Positions 1-13,625 are shown, counted from the stretch's first letter. The stretch: DNA of 64,000 nucleotides from Takakia lepidozioides (GCA_030704615.1 CM060731.1:10478001-10542000); one strand, 5' to 3'. Numbers and translations are program-made. The notes: generated from the sequence alone by a model not told the origin.

Positions 1-1592
1 TGTCCTCCAAAATTTACTCGTAAACTTTGGATCGCGATCCGAGACAATATCCTTCGGGACTCCATGATGCTTTAAGACGTGGGCGAAGTAAAGTCGCCCT
101 GTCTCCTGCGCCGTTGCCGTCTCCTTGGTGGGGATGAAATGGCCCATTTACTGAACCTATCTAACCACCACCATGATTGCATCGAATCCTTTTGACAACG
201 GCATAGCAGTCATGAAATCCATCGAGACGCTTTCCCAAGTCCCCTTTGGAATCGGCAAGGGTTGTAACAGCCCCGCCCTTGCTTTTTGTACTCGCTCCGG
301 TTTTGTTGCATGTGGTGCATGTCTTGACATACTCCTCTGCCTCCTCCCTCAGTTTGGGCCAGAAATACTCTTTCTTCAGGAGTGCCGCAGTGCGCTTGGC
401 TCCGCTGTGGCCCGCAAGCGGGCTATCATGGCATTCTCTCAAGAGGCTGTCTCTGATCCCTCCCTTCGCCACGAGAGACGCTTTTGCTTATACCGGAGCA
501 GTCCATTTTGCAAGTGGAACTGCGATTTAACCCCCATCCTCAAGTCCTGCATCACAGACTTCGCCAGCTCATCCTTCCGGTAAGCCTTCCGGATCTTCCT
601 TTGGAGCGCCGTCTCGCCCTTGTACACCAACAAGAGCTGCTGCTTTCTACTTAAAGCATCGGCCACCACGTTGTTTCGTCCCGGTTTGTACTGGATATCC
701 ACGTCGAACACCGCCAAAGTATCTTGCCACCTAAGTTGTTTTGGGGACACTTGGGCTGCGTGGCAAAATACTTCACCGTGACATTGTCCGTGAACACCTT
801 CACTGGGTTGGAACAAACATAGTGGCGCCAAAGCTCAAGACAGTGCACCACCGCCCTTCATCTCTTTTTCGTGCGTCGGCCACCATCGCTCCACTTCATT
901 CAGTTTCTTACTTTCGTAAGCCACTGGACCGTTCATCATTGCATAAGTACACCCCCAATCGCGAAGTCCGACGCATATGTATGAATCTCAAATGGACGAT
1001 CGAACTCCGGGATTCTCAAGACTGGAGCTTCCGCCATCCGCTGCTTCATTCAGCAAAAAAGCTTGGCTTGGCACAAAATGTGTTCCATACCAGACTTTGG
1101 ATTACACAAAGGCCGACAGCGACCCCCGCGATCTTGGCGAAATTTCTCACATACTTCCGGTAATAGGAGCGAGTCCTAGGAAGGATCGCACTCCCGGGAC
1201 CGAAGTCGGAGGCCCCCAGTCCAAGATCGCCTACCTTTCTGTCATCCATTTTGATCCCATCCTGTGTAATCACATGCCCCAAGAACTCCACTTTCGTGAC
1301 CCCGAATTCGCATTTTGAAGCTTTGGCATACACCTTTCCTTCCCGCAACTTTTGGAACACCCTTTTGAGGTGCTCCAGGTGTTCCTCCTTTGTTTTCGAG
1401 TACACCAAGATGTCGTCGATGTACACGATCACAAAGTCATCCAACCACTCCTGAAAAAGGCTGTTCATCAGCGTGCTAAGGTCGCCGGTGCATTAGTGAG
1501 ACCCAAAAGGCATCACCAAAACTCATATGAACCATACCTTGTCCTGCACGCGGTCTTCTCCTCATCTCCTTCCGCCATCCGATTTGATGATA
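1..1592 (-). mobile_element. Ty3/Gypsy pol fragment (RT-RNaseH-integrase), sister copy interrupted by the next element
   Basis: ORFs with VYIDDILV (RT), LADALSRK (RNaseH end) and the HD..AGH..CxxC integrase Zn motif. Near-identical to ~4083-5676. Ends abruptly at the LTR start 1593. Confidence 0.93.
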
Positions 1593-3188
1593 TGTCGCGA
1601 CACCTCACTTCGGTAAATCCCCTCAGTCATAGTTACTCGCTTTGATGCGCGCGCCTGACTCCCAACCTGGCCGCCGGGCCAACTTGGAGCTTCGGCTGCT
1701 CACCGGGACATAACGGTCCCCTTTCGATTCCCTCTAAAACCCTCCACCTAATTGGGACTAGGAGAATTCCCTTTGGTAGATGGCAGTCCGGAACAGCTCC
1801 CCACTCTTTGGTCGCTTTCCGGCTCGCTCGCTTACTCACTAGTTTTTTGTCACCAACGGGCTTGCACCGTTCTCGGGGTTACTACTCCCTATATATACTT
1901 CTGTAGCTTTCCGCGGGGGTTTCACAACCAGCCATGCATTTTTATGGCGAACACCACGAAGACCCTCGATTCCGGTGGTGAGTCGCGTGAGTTTTGGGCC
2001 GCTCACCCCAGCCCCTATGGACCGTGATGAGTCCCAAGACTCCCCACGACTCCCACCACGAGGTCTCCGCCCCCATGGTGAGTCCTATGCCACCCCCACT
2101 AAGTCCCACTAAGCTACCACCACCCCTTGTGGAGCCACCCCCCGCAACCCGGTGTGCGGGGCTCCACCTAGTGAGCGCCTCCGCTTCCCTGAGTGCCTTG
2201 GGCACTCAAGGGTGCCTTAGCCCCCCATACCTATCGCTGCCGCTGTCCCCACCACAGGGGCAGCCCCTCATGTGTCCCGACCCCCTGCCCTCAAGGCAAA
2301 GGGCCGCGACACACACCCCTACCAACAGGGAGTCGATGTCCTCATCGACTTGTCCATTTTGGAGAAACGAACATCCAAGTTGTGGCGTCCCACATCAAGG
2401 AGTTTGTTTCTGTACCATTGCATCCCATGGCAAAGAACCAAACCCCACACTTGACTCTACTCTCCACTAGCTAGTTCGGCCGACTTCCTCTCAAGTCCCG
2501 GCCAGGGTGGAGCCTCTCCAGCTCCTCCCAGTGCACTCTTCTTGGCCTACTTCAAGGCCAAGGAACGATCCTCCCCGAGGATCCCTCGCCCTTTACTGCA
2601 ACAACATTGCTTCGATCGCTCATGATGCCGCTTTTGGCCATCACCTTTGAGCAAGAGTTCACCTGGAACCCTCTTTGACTAGGAAGATAACATTGAACCA
2701 ACCGTGCGCCCCAATCACTACAATTGGGTCCGCCTTGGAATGCTGGCCTGATGTACGGAACACGCCGAAGCCGCACTAACGACTTTGTCCCGAGGCTGCA
2801 CGATTATAGTACGTGAACGGAAGCACGTAGCTTCCTCCGCGTTAGCCCGCACTACAAGGCACCCCCTTGGTAGCGCAGTTATAGTACGCATACGCGCCAG
2901 GTGCGCACTAGCACGTGAACTCCCAAAGAAGGCGCAAGTTTCCTTGCCCCTTGGATGGAGTCACCCCGATTTCGGCACTGCGCAAACACACGATTAAACC
3001 CAATTTACCTCTCCACTTTTGTAAGCTAGCATGCATTCTACACACTAGCCAACCACACCATGCTTTCACCATTCCCAAACCAATAGGACGCACAATATTT
3101 GGACCCATTTCCTTATAACAAATTTTTGTACAAAACAAAGTTTTTGCAATCGGATTCCTGAGTCTATCTAAACCGGGCTAAGCATGCA
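1593..3188 (-). repeat. 3' LTR (~1.6 kb, TG...CA)
   Basis: Begins tgtcgcg and ends ...gcatgca. The first ~375 bp match 7858-8238. A polypurine tract abuts the 3188 end. Confidence 0.88.
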
Positions 3189-3209
3189 TTTCCTCCTCCG
3201 CCACGCTCC
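3189..3209 (-). promoter_or_regulatory. Polypurine tract
   Basis: Minus strand reads GGAGCGTGGCGGAGGAGGAAA immediately before the LTR TG. Confidence 0.75.
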
Positions 3210-3249
3210 AAGGTTGGGTCCCCATCAACGCTTTCTTTCGCTTTTTGAG

Positions 3250-6200
3250 ATCGCCCCTCGAAGCTGCAACCGCCTGGATGCGTTTCCCATTTCTGAGGCA
3301 CGCACCAAGATGCCTCCACATGATGAAGCCCTTCCATTTGACGAGATACTAACTCCGTTTCTCGGTTCTTGAACCTCCTCGACGTAAGATTTGCCTCCAC
3401 CTCGTACTCAGGTTCATTTTCATGATCCAACAGCATAGGTGGCGGACGCAACACTTGATGCCGATTCGGACGCGCTTCATCTTTGAAGTAAGGCTTCAAA
3501 AAGGGAGACATGGAATACTGGTGCACCTTGTGCTGTTTGCCGGCAGCTCAAATTCATACACATCCTCATTCATAACCTTCCAATGCGAAAGGGTCCGCAT
3601 ACGGAGGCACGAACTTCGGACTCACTTCCGGAGGTAGTCGGAATTCTTGATGTTCAACCCGAGACCTCTGTGCCTGCCTCAAACTTCACTTCCTCCGCTT
3701 CCGATTCGCCTGCCTTTCATACCGTTTCCTAGCTTGGCAATATTGTACTTTGCGAGCTTCAACAAACGCTCGCGTTCTTCCCGTACCGCCGCTACTGGCC
3801 GTGTTCCTCAACGTCCTGGGTGGCCCAACTTGTCGGCACCAGAGGTGCTTTTCCATAGACCAACACAAAGGGGAAACTCCCGTTGCGGAGTGTTCTGTGT
3901 TATTATAACAGAACTCGACCGCGTCTAAGTGTTCCATCCAGTCTGATTGGTCTGCCGACACGTAATTCCGCAAGAAATTGCTTCACTACGGAATTCACTC
4001 TTTCCGTTGGGCCGTCCGTCGTAGGTCGGAAGGCGGTGCTCATCTTCAGCCTCGTCCCCATCTTCTTCAAAGTGCCTCTCCAGAATTTACCTCGTAAACT
4101 TTGGATCGCGGCGGCGAGACAATATCCTTCGGGACTCCATGATGCTTTAAGACGTGGGCAAAGTAATGTCGCCCTGTCTCCTGCGCCGTTGCCGTCTCCT
4201 TGGTGGGGATGAAATGGCCCATTTTACTGAACCTATCTACCACCACCATGATTGCAACTCGAATCCTTTTGACAGCGGCATAGCAGTCATGAAATCCATC
4301 GAGACGCTTTCCCAAAGTCCCCTTTGGAATCGGCAAGGTTTTAACAGTAACACAGCCCCGCTTGCTTTTTGTACTCGCTCCGGTTTTGTTGGCATGTGGT
4401 GCATGTCTTGACATACTCCTCTGCCTCCTCCCTCAGTTTGGGCAGAAATACTCTTTCTTCAAGAGTGCCGCAGTGCGCTTGGCTCCACCATGGCCCGCAA
4501 GCGGGCTATCATGGCATTCTCTCAAGAGACTATCCCTGATCCCCCCTCCTTCGCACGTAGAGACGCTTTGCTTATACCGGAGCAGTCCATTTTGCAAGTG
4601 GAACTGCGATTTAACCCCCATCCTCAAGTCCTGCATCACAGACTTCGCCAGCTCATCCTTCCGGCAAGCCTTCCGATCTTCCTTTGAGTGCCGTCTCGCC
4701 CTGTACACCAACAAGAGCTGCTGCTTTCTACTTAAAGCATCGGCCACCACGTTGTTTCGTCCCGGTTTTACTGGATATCCACGTCGTCGAACACCGCCAA
4801 AGTATCTTGCCACTAGATTGTTTGGGGACAACTTGGGCTGCGTGGCAAAATACTTCACCGTGACATTGTCCGTGAACACCTTCACTGGGTTGGAACCAAC
4901 ATAGTGGCGCCAGAGCTCAAGCAATGCACCACCCCTCTTCATCTCTTTTCGTGCGTCGGCCACCGTCGCTCCACTTCATTCAGTTTCTTACTTTTGTAAG
5001 CCACTGGACGTCCATCTTGCATAAGTACACCCCCAATCGCAAAGTCCGATGCATATGTATGAATCTCAAACGACGATCGAACCTCCGGATTTCTCAAGAC
5101 TGGAGCTTCCGTCATCCGCTGCTTCAATTCAGCAAAAGCTTGGCCACAAAATGTGTTCCATACCCAGACTTTGGATTTACACAGAAGGTCCGACAGCGGC
5201 CCCCCCGCGATCTTGGCGAAATTTCTCACATACTTCCGGTAATAAGAGGCGAGTCCTAGGAGGATCGCACTCCGGGACCGAAGTCGGAGGCTCCCAGTCC
5301 AAGATCGCCCTCACCTTTCTGTCATCCATTTTGATCCCATCCTGTGTAATCACAATGCCCCAAGAACTCCACTTTTGTGACCCCAAATTCGCACTTTGAA
5401 GCTTTGGCATACAGCTTCCCCCTTTCGCATTTTGGAACACCCTTTTGAGGTGCTCCAGGTGCTCCTCCTTTGTTTTCGATTACACAAAGATGTCGTCGAT
5501 GTACACGATCACAAAGTCATCCAACCCACTCCTGGAAAAGGCTGTTCATCAGCGTGCTAAATGTCGCTGGTGCATTGGTGAGCCCAAAAGGCATCACCAG
5601 AACTCATATGAACCATACCTTGTCCTGCACGCGGTCTCTCCTCCTCATCTCCTTCGCCACCCGAATTTGGTGATAGCCGGAGCGCAAGTCGATCCGGCTG
5701 AAATACTTCGCTCGCTGCCAACCGATCGAGAGGTCGTCGATCCTTGGCAAAGGGTACCGGTTTTTTTATAGTCACCTTATTCAGAGCCCCCTGTAATCGA
5801 CACACATCCACAGCGTCCCATCCTTCTTGTCTGCAATAGCACCGGGGCTCCGTAAGGTGACTTACTCGGCTCGGCGGATGTACCCCTTTGACATTAGATC
5901 CTTGAGCTGAGTCTTCAGCTCGACCACTCTCTATGGCTCAACCGGTAGGGCGCCTTGGCAGCGGTTCCGATCCCGGTATCACCTCAATCTTGTGGTCAAC
6001 TCCTCTTCGCGGTGGCAAGCCGCTTGGTAAATCCTCCGGCATCACATCCTGGTATTTCTCCAAAATCCCCTTGATCCAATCTGGGCTCAACTCCCCATCG
6101 CCTTCTCCTTTCACTTCTCTAATGTAAAGCAAAAACTGGGACTTGTGTGCCTCCTCCACGGCCCACTCCTTTGCTGACAGAAGGTTTATTCGCCCTCCCA

Positions 6201-7802
6201 CGGATTTGGGCATTTCCGACACTCGTAAAACCTCGCCACCATTCCCACATGGCAGCGTGACTACTCTCTTGCGGCCATCTATGACCGCTCCGGATTTGCC
6301 CAAAAAGGTCATCCCCAAAATGAGATCCACTGCATCGATCTCGCAGATGGTGAAGTTCTCACGTCCCTCCCAACTCCCCAGTTGACGAGGAACATCAAAC
6401 GCCAACCTTGTCGCCAACTGTGGTTCTCCTTTGGCAGAACGCACCTCAATAGAGGCCCCCACGTCACTTGTCGGGAGTCCCAACTTTCGCGCCGCCGCCG
6501 GTGTCATGAAGGAGTGCGACGCTCCTGTGTCCACCAACAACGACACATTAGTTCCGGATATTATCCCATCCACGAACAATAACTGACTCCCTTTACGCAC
6601 GGCGCCAGTTTCCTGATACAACTCACAAAAATAGTCGCCTACCTTGCAAGTCCTGGCGACCACCGCTTCCACCAAGCGACTGATGGTATCTTCCGACAGC
6701 TCCGTGGTTGCTCGAGTCATGTTCAATTGTCGAGGTTTTGTGCACTTCTTGGCCATGTGCCCGGGCTCCCCGCAATTGAAACACACTCCATCAAAGGTCG
6801 CCTTCTGTCCGCCATAAGTTGCTCCACCCGCTTTTCCTTTCGAAGCACCGGGTGCCGCCTTGACGTGTGAAGGCCCTCCCTTCGATTTCCACGTGCCATT
6901 GTCGCCGCGTGGCCTATCCCACTTCTTTTCCGGTCGGAAGGAGTCACCTTCCTGACGGGTCTTCTTGTGGTTCAGCTCCGTACGGCCTTGTCTCTCACCC
7001 CTAGGGACATCCGAGAAACATTCAGCCCTCTCAATTGCCTCGTTCAAAGTCTTGGGTGGCTTCTCCTCCAACTTCCGCCTGGCCCATGGGGCCAGTCCCG
7101 CCACAAAGTTGAAGACCATTTCTGGTTCTGCCATGTCCGCGACTTCGAGCAACAGCACATTGAAAGCCTGGACATACCCCCGAATATCATCTGTTTGCTT
7201 CAAATTCCTCATCTTGTCCCGGGCAAGCCAGGATGCGTTGAGGGGCACAACTGTCTCTTCATCAATTCCTTGAACCCACTCCAGTTCAAGGTTTCCGGGC
7301 TTGGGCCTCGGTCGTGAAGGCGTTTCTGCCACCATTGTTGAGCATAGCCCCTCAAATAGGTGGGAGCCACTTCCACCCGATCCTCGTCACTCAACTTGGC
7401 CGCCCGGAAGTACTGCTCTAGCTCCAGGAGCCAGGTGTTGAGTGCCTTCTGATTTCGAACACCCTCGAAGGTGCCGGGTTCCTTAGGCTTCACCTTAAAC
7501 TTTGCCTTAGTGGAAGTGGCATTAGCCGCCTTCAACACGTCTTTCAACGTCCCGCCAAACTGCGCCAACAACCCTTCCCAAAAGGCTACCGGCATGGGAG
7601 GCATCTCTTGGTTTGTCGGAGCTCTCAAGGATTCCTCGGGCTCCGACTCCTCGGATTCCTCCCGCTCTTGAGTGGCCTCGTTTTCGGAAACATTCATCGC
7701 TTCCTCAAACGGCCGCCTCGGTGACACGTCGCCCCCATCGGGCTCACCAGGATCATCATCTTTTGGGCCGTTCCACTTTCGCTTTGGCTTGCCCGACCCC
7801 AT
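3250..7802 (-). pseudogene. gag-pol polyprotein (gag, CCHC, AP, RT, RNaseH, IN, chromodomain), many frameshifts
   Basis: CFNCGEPGHMAKKC; LVDTGAS; YIDD at ~5493-5505; YASDFAIGGVL; VVDRFSKMGHF; YEVEA.L..R chromodomain at ~3300-3410. Confidence 0.93.
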
Positions 7803-7843
7803 GATGAGGCCAATCCCAAGGACGATCGCGTACTAAACTCTAA

Positions 7844-7855
7844 GCTCTGATACCA
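7844..7855 (-). promoter_or_regulatory. Primer binding site (tRNA-iMet)
   Basis: Minus strand TGGTATCAGAGC, 2 bp inside the LTR end. Confidence 0.92.
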
Positions 7856-7857
7856 AG

Positions 7858-8238
7858 TGTCGCGCACCTCACTTCGGTAAGCTCCCCTTCAAGTCATAGT
7901 TACTCGCTTTGATGCGTGCGCCTGACTCCCAACCTGGCCGCCGGGCCAACTTGGAGCTTCGGCTCCTCACCGGGGCATAACGGTCCCCCCTTTTGTTCAC
8001 CCAAAGAACCCTCCACCGATTTGGAACCAGCGGGAATTCCCTTTGGTAGTTGGCAGTCCGGAACAGCTCCCCACTCTTTGGTCGCTTTCCGGCTCGCTCG
8101 CTTACTCACTAGTTTTGGTCACCAACGGGCTTGCACCGTTCTCGGGGTTACTACTCCCTATATATACTTCTGTAGCTGTCCGCGGGGGTTTCACAACCAG
8201 CCATGCCATTTTATGGCGAACCACCACGAAGACCCTCG
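7858..8238 (-). repeat. 5' LTR, truncated
   Basis: Matches 1593-1968 up to gaagaccctcg, then joins directly to a ParB-like exon. Confidence 0.88.
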
Positions 8239-11200
8239 GGAAGATGTTTCACGTTTGGGATGGGAACCACCGGTTGCTTGTATGGATGGCTGTTATTGGG
8301 AGGCTGCACTCATAGGAGGAAGAGTGGCATTACTCTGTTCGATCGATGGTGCTGGATTGTGAGGGGAACATGATGGGTCTTCTGACGGCAATGAATGATA
8401 TGAACATGTTGGTTTCTCATTCTACATGTTCCACTTATAGTTCCGTGGTTCTTTGATTAAAGTCCTTGAATTTCATTCTGACTTTCAGATATCATTCTGC
8501 AAAGGAACGAAGACATCGCATGTCAAAACGAGTCTGGTTCACACACTGTATAGGATACAAAGGATCGGGCAGATGCCCTTGACCAACTTCAAGACCATCA
8601 TTTCAGCAGAGACGTACAAGAAGTGCAAAAGCTCCAAGACATCGGAAACGTGGTACTCGTTGACACGTGAGGCTTTCATGGAGTACATGTATACGGTGAG
8701 ATACATCTTCCTTCATCTGCCTTTTCCATATTCCTGCTTCCACATGTTTGTTTCTGTTTGTTTCCCTCGCCCTTGGGTTGATGCAACTCTCGTGCATTCC
8801 CTTGCAGCAAGACATTGCAGATGCAGGGGAGCGTGGCAAACTGGAATACTACAGGTCAACCCCTGAGGAGAGAAGGACAGCAAAGGGGGTTGAGAGTCAC
8901 ATCCAAAAAGAGATGACCGCTACAAGAAGGACTATAATGAGTGCTTTTGTGAAGCAGTTGAGAATTGCCGACCCATCATTCGGATCGCAGTTTCTCCTGG
9001 AGATAAAAAACCATTATAACAAGCCAGGCAAGCCAAAGATGGCCCAGGAGAAGTTACACAAGTTGTCTACCGCCGTTGTGTCTTCAGAACAGAAGGTGAA
9101 GTGGCTACAGATATGGAACTCCGATCCCACAGTTAGGGATACCCACATGTTCCCCAGGCCGGAGAAAGAGAAGAAGACCCAGCATGTCATTCCTGTCAGT
9201 GACAATGTACTGGACACATGGCTTCACAAGGCCACTTACTGGAGCCAGGTGTGATGTCCTTTCCTGTGTCACTTTCTTTTCTCTTTTCCTGTCCTTCTCT
9301 TTCCATTGCCTCTGACATTCGCTGTGATTTTTTTTGGGTTCATTCTTGCATTTGAATTGTTTTGCAGTTGGAAGAAAGGGCACGGTCGGTTCTGCATACT
9401 CAGCTGGCTGACTATGGCATCGACATCACCGAAGGTCTCCTTCGAAGCATACATGAGGAAAAGGAGAGCCACAGTGTGGCACTCTTGTTTCTTTAGAGAG
9501 TTCAGCAAGGAGGGTGGCATCAGTCGAACACATGACCTTGACCAGCAAGAAAAATGAGAGGAAGCCTGGAAACGATGCCTTTACATGTGCACACCCTGGG
9601 CCGTTCAGGCTACTTAGTGTGCTGTGGTTGCAATGTACTGTGACGCATACAGTTTAAGGGGGTCTTCCTGGTGTGATGGAAAAGCTGAGATACAATAATT
9701 GCATTGCATAATGAGGCTGTCTCTGTTCCTGCAGGTACATAAAGTTTGTTCTCTTGGAAGAGAATTGCTTGGACAAACATCCAGATTTCGTGGACCTCTG
9801 GCTTGTCCCTGCTGGCAATCAGACCATGTTTACTACTGGGATCTTGCATGACTGGGGCCCAAACCATCTTTCTTCTTGTGGTTGGTATTTGGATTGCCCT
9901 CCTTCTGAGACCCCAGCTCCGGAGGTGTCTTTGAGGAGAGAGAATGAGCAAATTGCAGCCATTGCCGCAGCAACCGACCTCGACATTCATGAACGAAATT
10001 TGAGGACTCTTGCAGAGAAGGAGCCTCCCGCTCAGGATACCCCGGGTAGAGGTAGAAAGGCAAAGGGAAAAGATGTTGCTGGTGTTGTGGGGAAAGGAAG
10101 GGGTAGAGGGAAGGTGGCACAAGGGCAGGGAAGTGTTGCAGATATTGGCCCAGTGGTGCATGTCCAACAGACTCCACCGCATGGTAGGGGATCCGTGAGA
10201 AAGAACAAGGGGGTGGTTGATCCCAAGGACCCATACCATGCAGTGGAACATCCGACGAGGGTCATTCGCCCTACCAGGTTGGAGATGGCCAACGTCGGAT
10301 TCCTTGCCATGATGGAGTCCAAGAAATCTGATTACAAGGGCGAGCCATCACCAGTGTGGGAGAGGATTGTAGAGCTCCTCGGCACGGTGCGTGTTCTCTT
10401 TTGCTTCTTCTCTGCAGTGGGCATGGATCGTTTCAATCCTCTTGAGTATTCCATTGTAATTTTGTTTGCAGGCTAAAATGACCAAATCCTGGGTGAACGG
10501 GAAGGAGAAGCAATATGCAGCCGAACTCATAATCTTGGACATCCCTGATGGGTTGGCAGTCCCGGATGTCCCTCCATCAGGTGCTTGTCCGGGTTGGAAT
10601 GCTTTTGATGAGCGCTACTGGCGGTGGGTTTTCTCCTTTTGCAATTTTTTCCTGTCCGATGCAGGTGTTTTGGTGCTCATACAGTCCGCCGACGTTCGCT
10701 GTCGCCGTGCACTTGCCAGCTATTTGAAAGCCTCGGGCATGAGAGTCCTGAAGACATGGAATTGTGTGAACAGCATGTACCTTACGAAGGGGGATCGTCC
10801 GGGAGAGATGGTAAATTTGCCTTCTTCTTCCTCTTCTTGGTGGTTCTCGGATGGAGTTGTGTAGGTCGCTCGAACTCAAATGTAGGGGCCTGATTTTTGA
10901 AGCTTCTTAGTTCCTTCTGGATGTGTTGTTCGCAGACTCGTTTGTTTGAAGCTGTTTGTCTCGTCCGAGTGCATCCACCAACGACTCCGGCCGGCATTTC
11001 GGAGTTCGCCATCGCTCATGGGGGCAAGTTCATAGACGACAGGACAGATCCTCCCACGGATGACATGCACCAAACTACGTCGACAGCAACGTCTGCTTGC
11101 GAAGGGGGAATGGGGTTCCTTGGAGAGGGGCGAGGGAGAGGAGCCCGGCTTTCATTCAAACGATTGTGGAGTGCTGCACCTACACAGACGCCAGAGTTCT

Positions 11201-11913
11201 GGATTTGTCAATGGGCACAGGTTCGTCTCTTCAACATTCGGATTTCATGAGGTTTGATTGAGCTTGCACTTTCAGTACTTCCCACCGTTTCATATGTGTC
11301 TTCAATGTCTGCTTCCTTCATTCTATTCCACTGCAGGTGCTTCGTACCACGCTTGCAAGGCCAGTGCCCGACATCTCTTTGGGATTGAAGGGGATGCTGA
11401 GATTTACAAGAACCTCCTGATGGGTTTGGGTGGACACACTTCTCAAGTCCTTCCGAAGCCCCGTCCCGCTGATATTGATACAGGGGAGACTTCCGACAAG
11501 GAGTTGGACTCCGACTTTGCCTGTGAGTAAGTTCAACCTGTAGATGCTTGCATTGTTGTTTCAATATCAAGAATCACTCTTCTTGAGGCAAAGTTCACAT
11601 GGCAGACATCCTCTTCGTTGGACTTGTGTATTGCATATTGTGTTCTGAATGGGTTTTTGTCGACATGTGCAGGAGTCCACGTGCTTCCACTTGCCCTCCA
11701 GGGCTATCACACCTATTTGGACTTCTTTCCAGTCCTCCTCGGTCTTGCGTGCTACCTGTCTATGCGGAGGCACTCGCAACAAGCATGACCGTTCATGGCA
11801 CTCAGAGTCCACCCATCGACGGCCGTGGTAGAAGACGTGGTGTTGGGGCCAGAATCTTTGTGGATGACATAGCACAGGAGGTCGAGACTGATTCTGATGA
11901 CTGTGACACTTGA
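8239..11913 (+). pseudogene. Multi-exon ParB/Srx-like domain + beta-class N6-adenine/N4-cytosine DNA methyltransferase-like gene (5' truncated)
   Basis: GKMFHVWDGNHRLLVW at 8239-8286. ELIILDIPDG (motif IV-like, ~10523-10552) followed by W..F...LSDAGVLVLI. Then PWRGARERSPAFIQTIVECCTYTDARVLDLSMGTG / GT-AG intron 11221-11336 / ASYHACKASARHLFGIEGD, which parallels the HPTQKP..LI...T..GD.VLDPFMGSG.T..A....R..IGIE consensus. Exon boundaries are approximate. Confidence 0.8.
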
Positions 11914-12620
11914 TATGAAGTTTTCTTTTGGTTTTATTTGGGGCCAAATTTGAAATGGGATGGTTGTGTGTCTTTGTTGTCCTGTTTGCAATGTGTGCGT
12001 GGAATGCACATTAATGGGAACAAACTATTGTTGGAGATGGGGGTTGCATGGACTGTCCGGATTGTTCCTTCAATCTATTTAGTGTTTTCTGGACCTCACA
12101 GACTTGAGTGCATTGCAAAAACAAACAAACGACTTTGGTTCGTGTACAACATTCTCGCATCATTTGATCGTTGGTCTCCAAACCATTCCTGCTAGAAGAA
12201 TGGTTGGTGAATCCATCACGGTGAAGTCCACCTCATCAAAGAGCTGTGAGGTATTCTCAAATCTAATGAGCATCCATGATGCTCCCGCACATACCTGGCA
12301 TGTTCGCAAGGGTGGTGAGTAAGAAAAGATTTCGCAGGGTTCCGCTTTAGATCATGTCAGTGTGCACCTCCTCACGACGTACCCACATAAACTTGTGAGG
12401 GCTTGGTATGTTGATAACGTCGGCATGGATGCAATGGATACAATGGATGTAACATATCCACTCTGCATTCCCGGGAAATGGCTGATCAACCCGCAGAAAT
12501 AGGTGACACCCGCGGAAATAGGCCCTGTATGTATGCTGACGTGGCGTGAGCCTGTGCTGGGCTCACGATTTCCTGGGCTCACATGCTCACGCCTCCAGGC
12601 TCACGGAATAGCACCCCCCC
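8239..12620 (+). mobile_element. MULE-like element 0 (ParB-MTase arm, left part missing)
   Basis: Ends in gctcacggaatagcaccccccc (12599-12620), homologous to the ends at 19486 and 29425. Subterminal GCTCAC/GTGAGC repeats at 12545-12605. Confidence 0.72.
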
Positions 12621-12904
12621 GGAGAGCCACGCCCTTCAAGCGGCATAAGTCCCAGCCAAAATGGAAAAAGATCTCAGTTTTTTGGGGTACATGCCTCGAA
12701 TAGAAATTAATCCAAGATTAGCATCAGATTTAGAGTACGTATCGAGGAAGCCATGTGTCGCCAGCCCGAATAAAAACGGACGGCGGTAGACATTTAATGC
12801 CCAACTACGCAATTAAATGTCGGATGAAGCCCTCCCTGTCGGATGAAATATGACGCAACTCGGCCCAGAATTTCCAACGTAGAGGTAATTCGAAGCGCAG
12901 TAGA

Positions 12905-13625
12905 ATAGAATTCCGGCGCCGGATTTCCATCCTGCAGGTAATTCGGAGCGCGGATGGATGGAAATCCAGCGCCGGATTTCCATCCGTCAGGTACGGCGGC
13001 GCGCAAAATTTCCGTCATGCAGGTAATTCGGAGAGCAGCAGGATGGAAATTCAGCGCCGAATTTCCATCCTGCCAGGTAGGGCGTCTCGCGAAATTTCCG
13101 TGACGCAGGTAATTCGGAGCCGGATGGATGGAAATCCGGCGCCGGATTTCCATCCTGCCAGGAAGGGCGGCGCGCGAAATTTCCGCCACGCAGGTAATTC
13201 GGAGCCGGATGGATGGAAATCCGGCGCCGGATTTCCATCCGCCAGGTTGGTCGGAGAGCGGATGGATGGAAATTCGGCGCCGGATTTCCATCCTGCCAGG
13301 AAGGGCGGCGCGCGAAATTCCCGCCACGCAGGTAATTCGGAGCGGATGGATGGAAGTCCGGCGCTCGATTTCCATCGCCAGGTTGGTCGGAGAGCGGATG
13401 GATGGAAATTCGGCGCCGAATTTCCATCTGGCAAGTAGGGCGGCGCGCAAAATTTCCGTCATGCAGGTAATTCGGAGCGGATCAGGATGGAAATTCGGTG
13501 CCGAATTTCCATCCTGCAAGTAATTCGAAGCCTGGATGGATGGAAATTCGGCGCCGAATTTCCATCCAGCAGGTAACTCGGATCGTTGGCGGATGGAAAT
13601 TCGGCGCCGAATTTCCATTCGCCAG
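12905..13625. repeat. Palindrome array A (ATGGAAATTCGGCGCCGAATTTCCAT-type), 53/85-bp units
   Basis: GGCGCC-like cores at 12915, 12968, 13053, 13138, 13223, 13276, 13360, 13412, 13497, 13550, 13603. Confidence 0.95.

Larger units (their letters stand above)
1593..8238 (-). mobile_element. Ty3/Gypsy chromovirus-type LTR retrotransposon (degenerate, 5' LTR truncated)
   Basis: LTR copies start at 1593 and 7858. PBS, PPT, gag with CCHC knuckle, protease, RT, RNaseH, integrase and chromodomain occur in Gypsy order. Confidence 0.95.
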
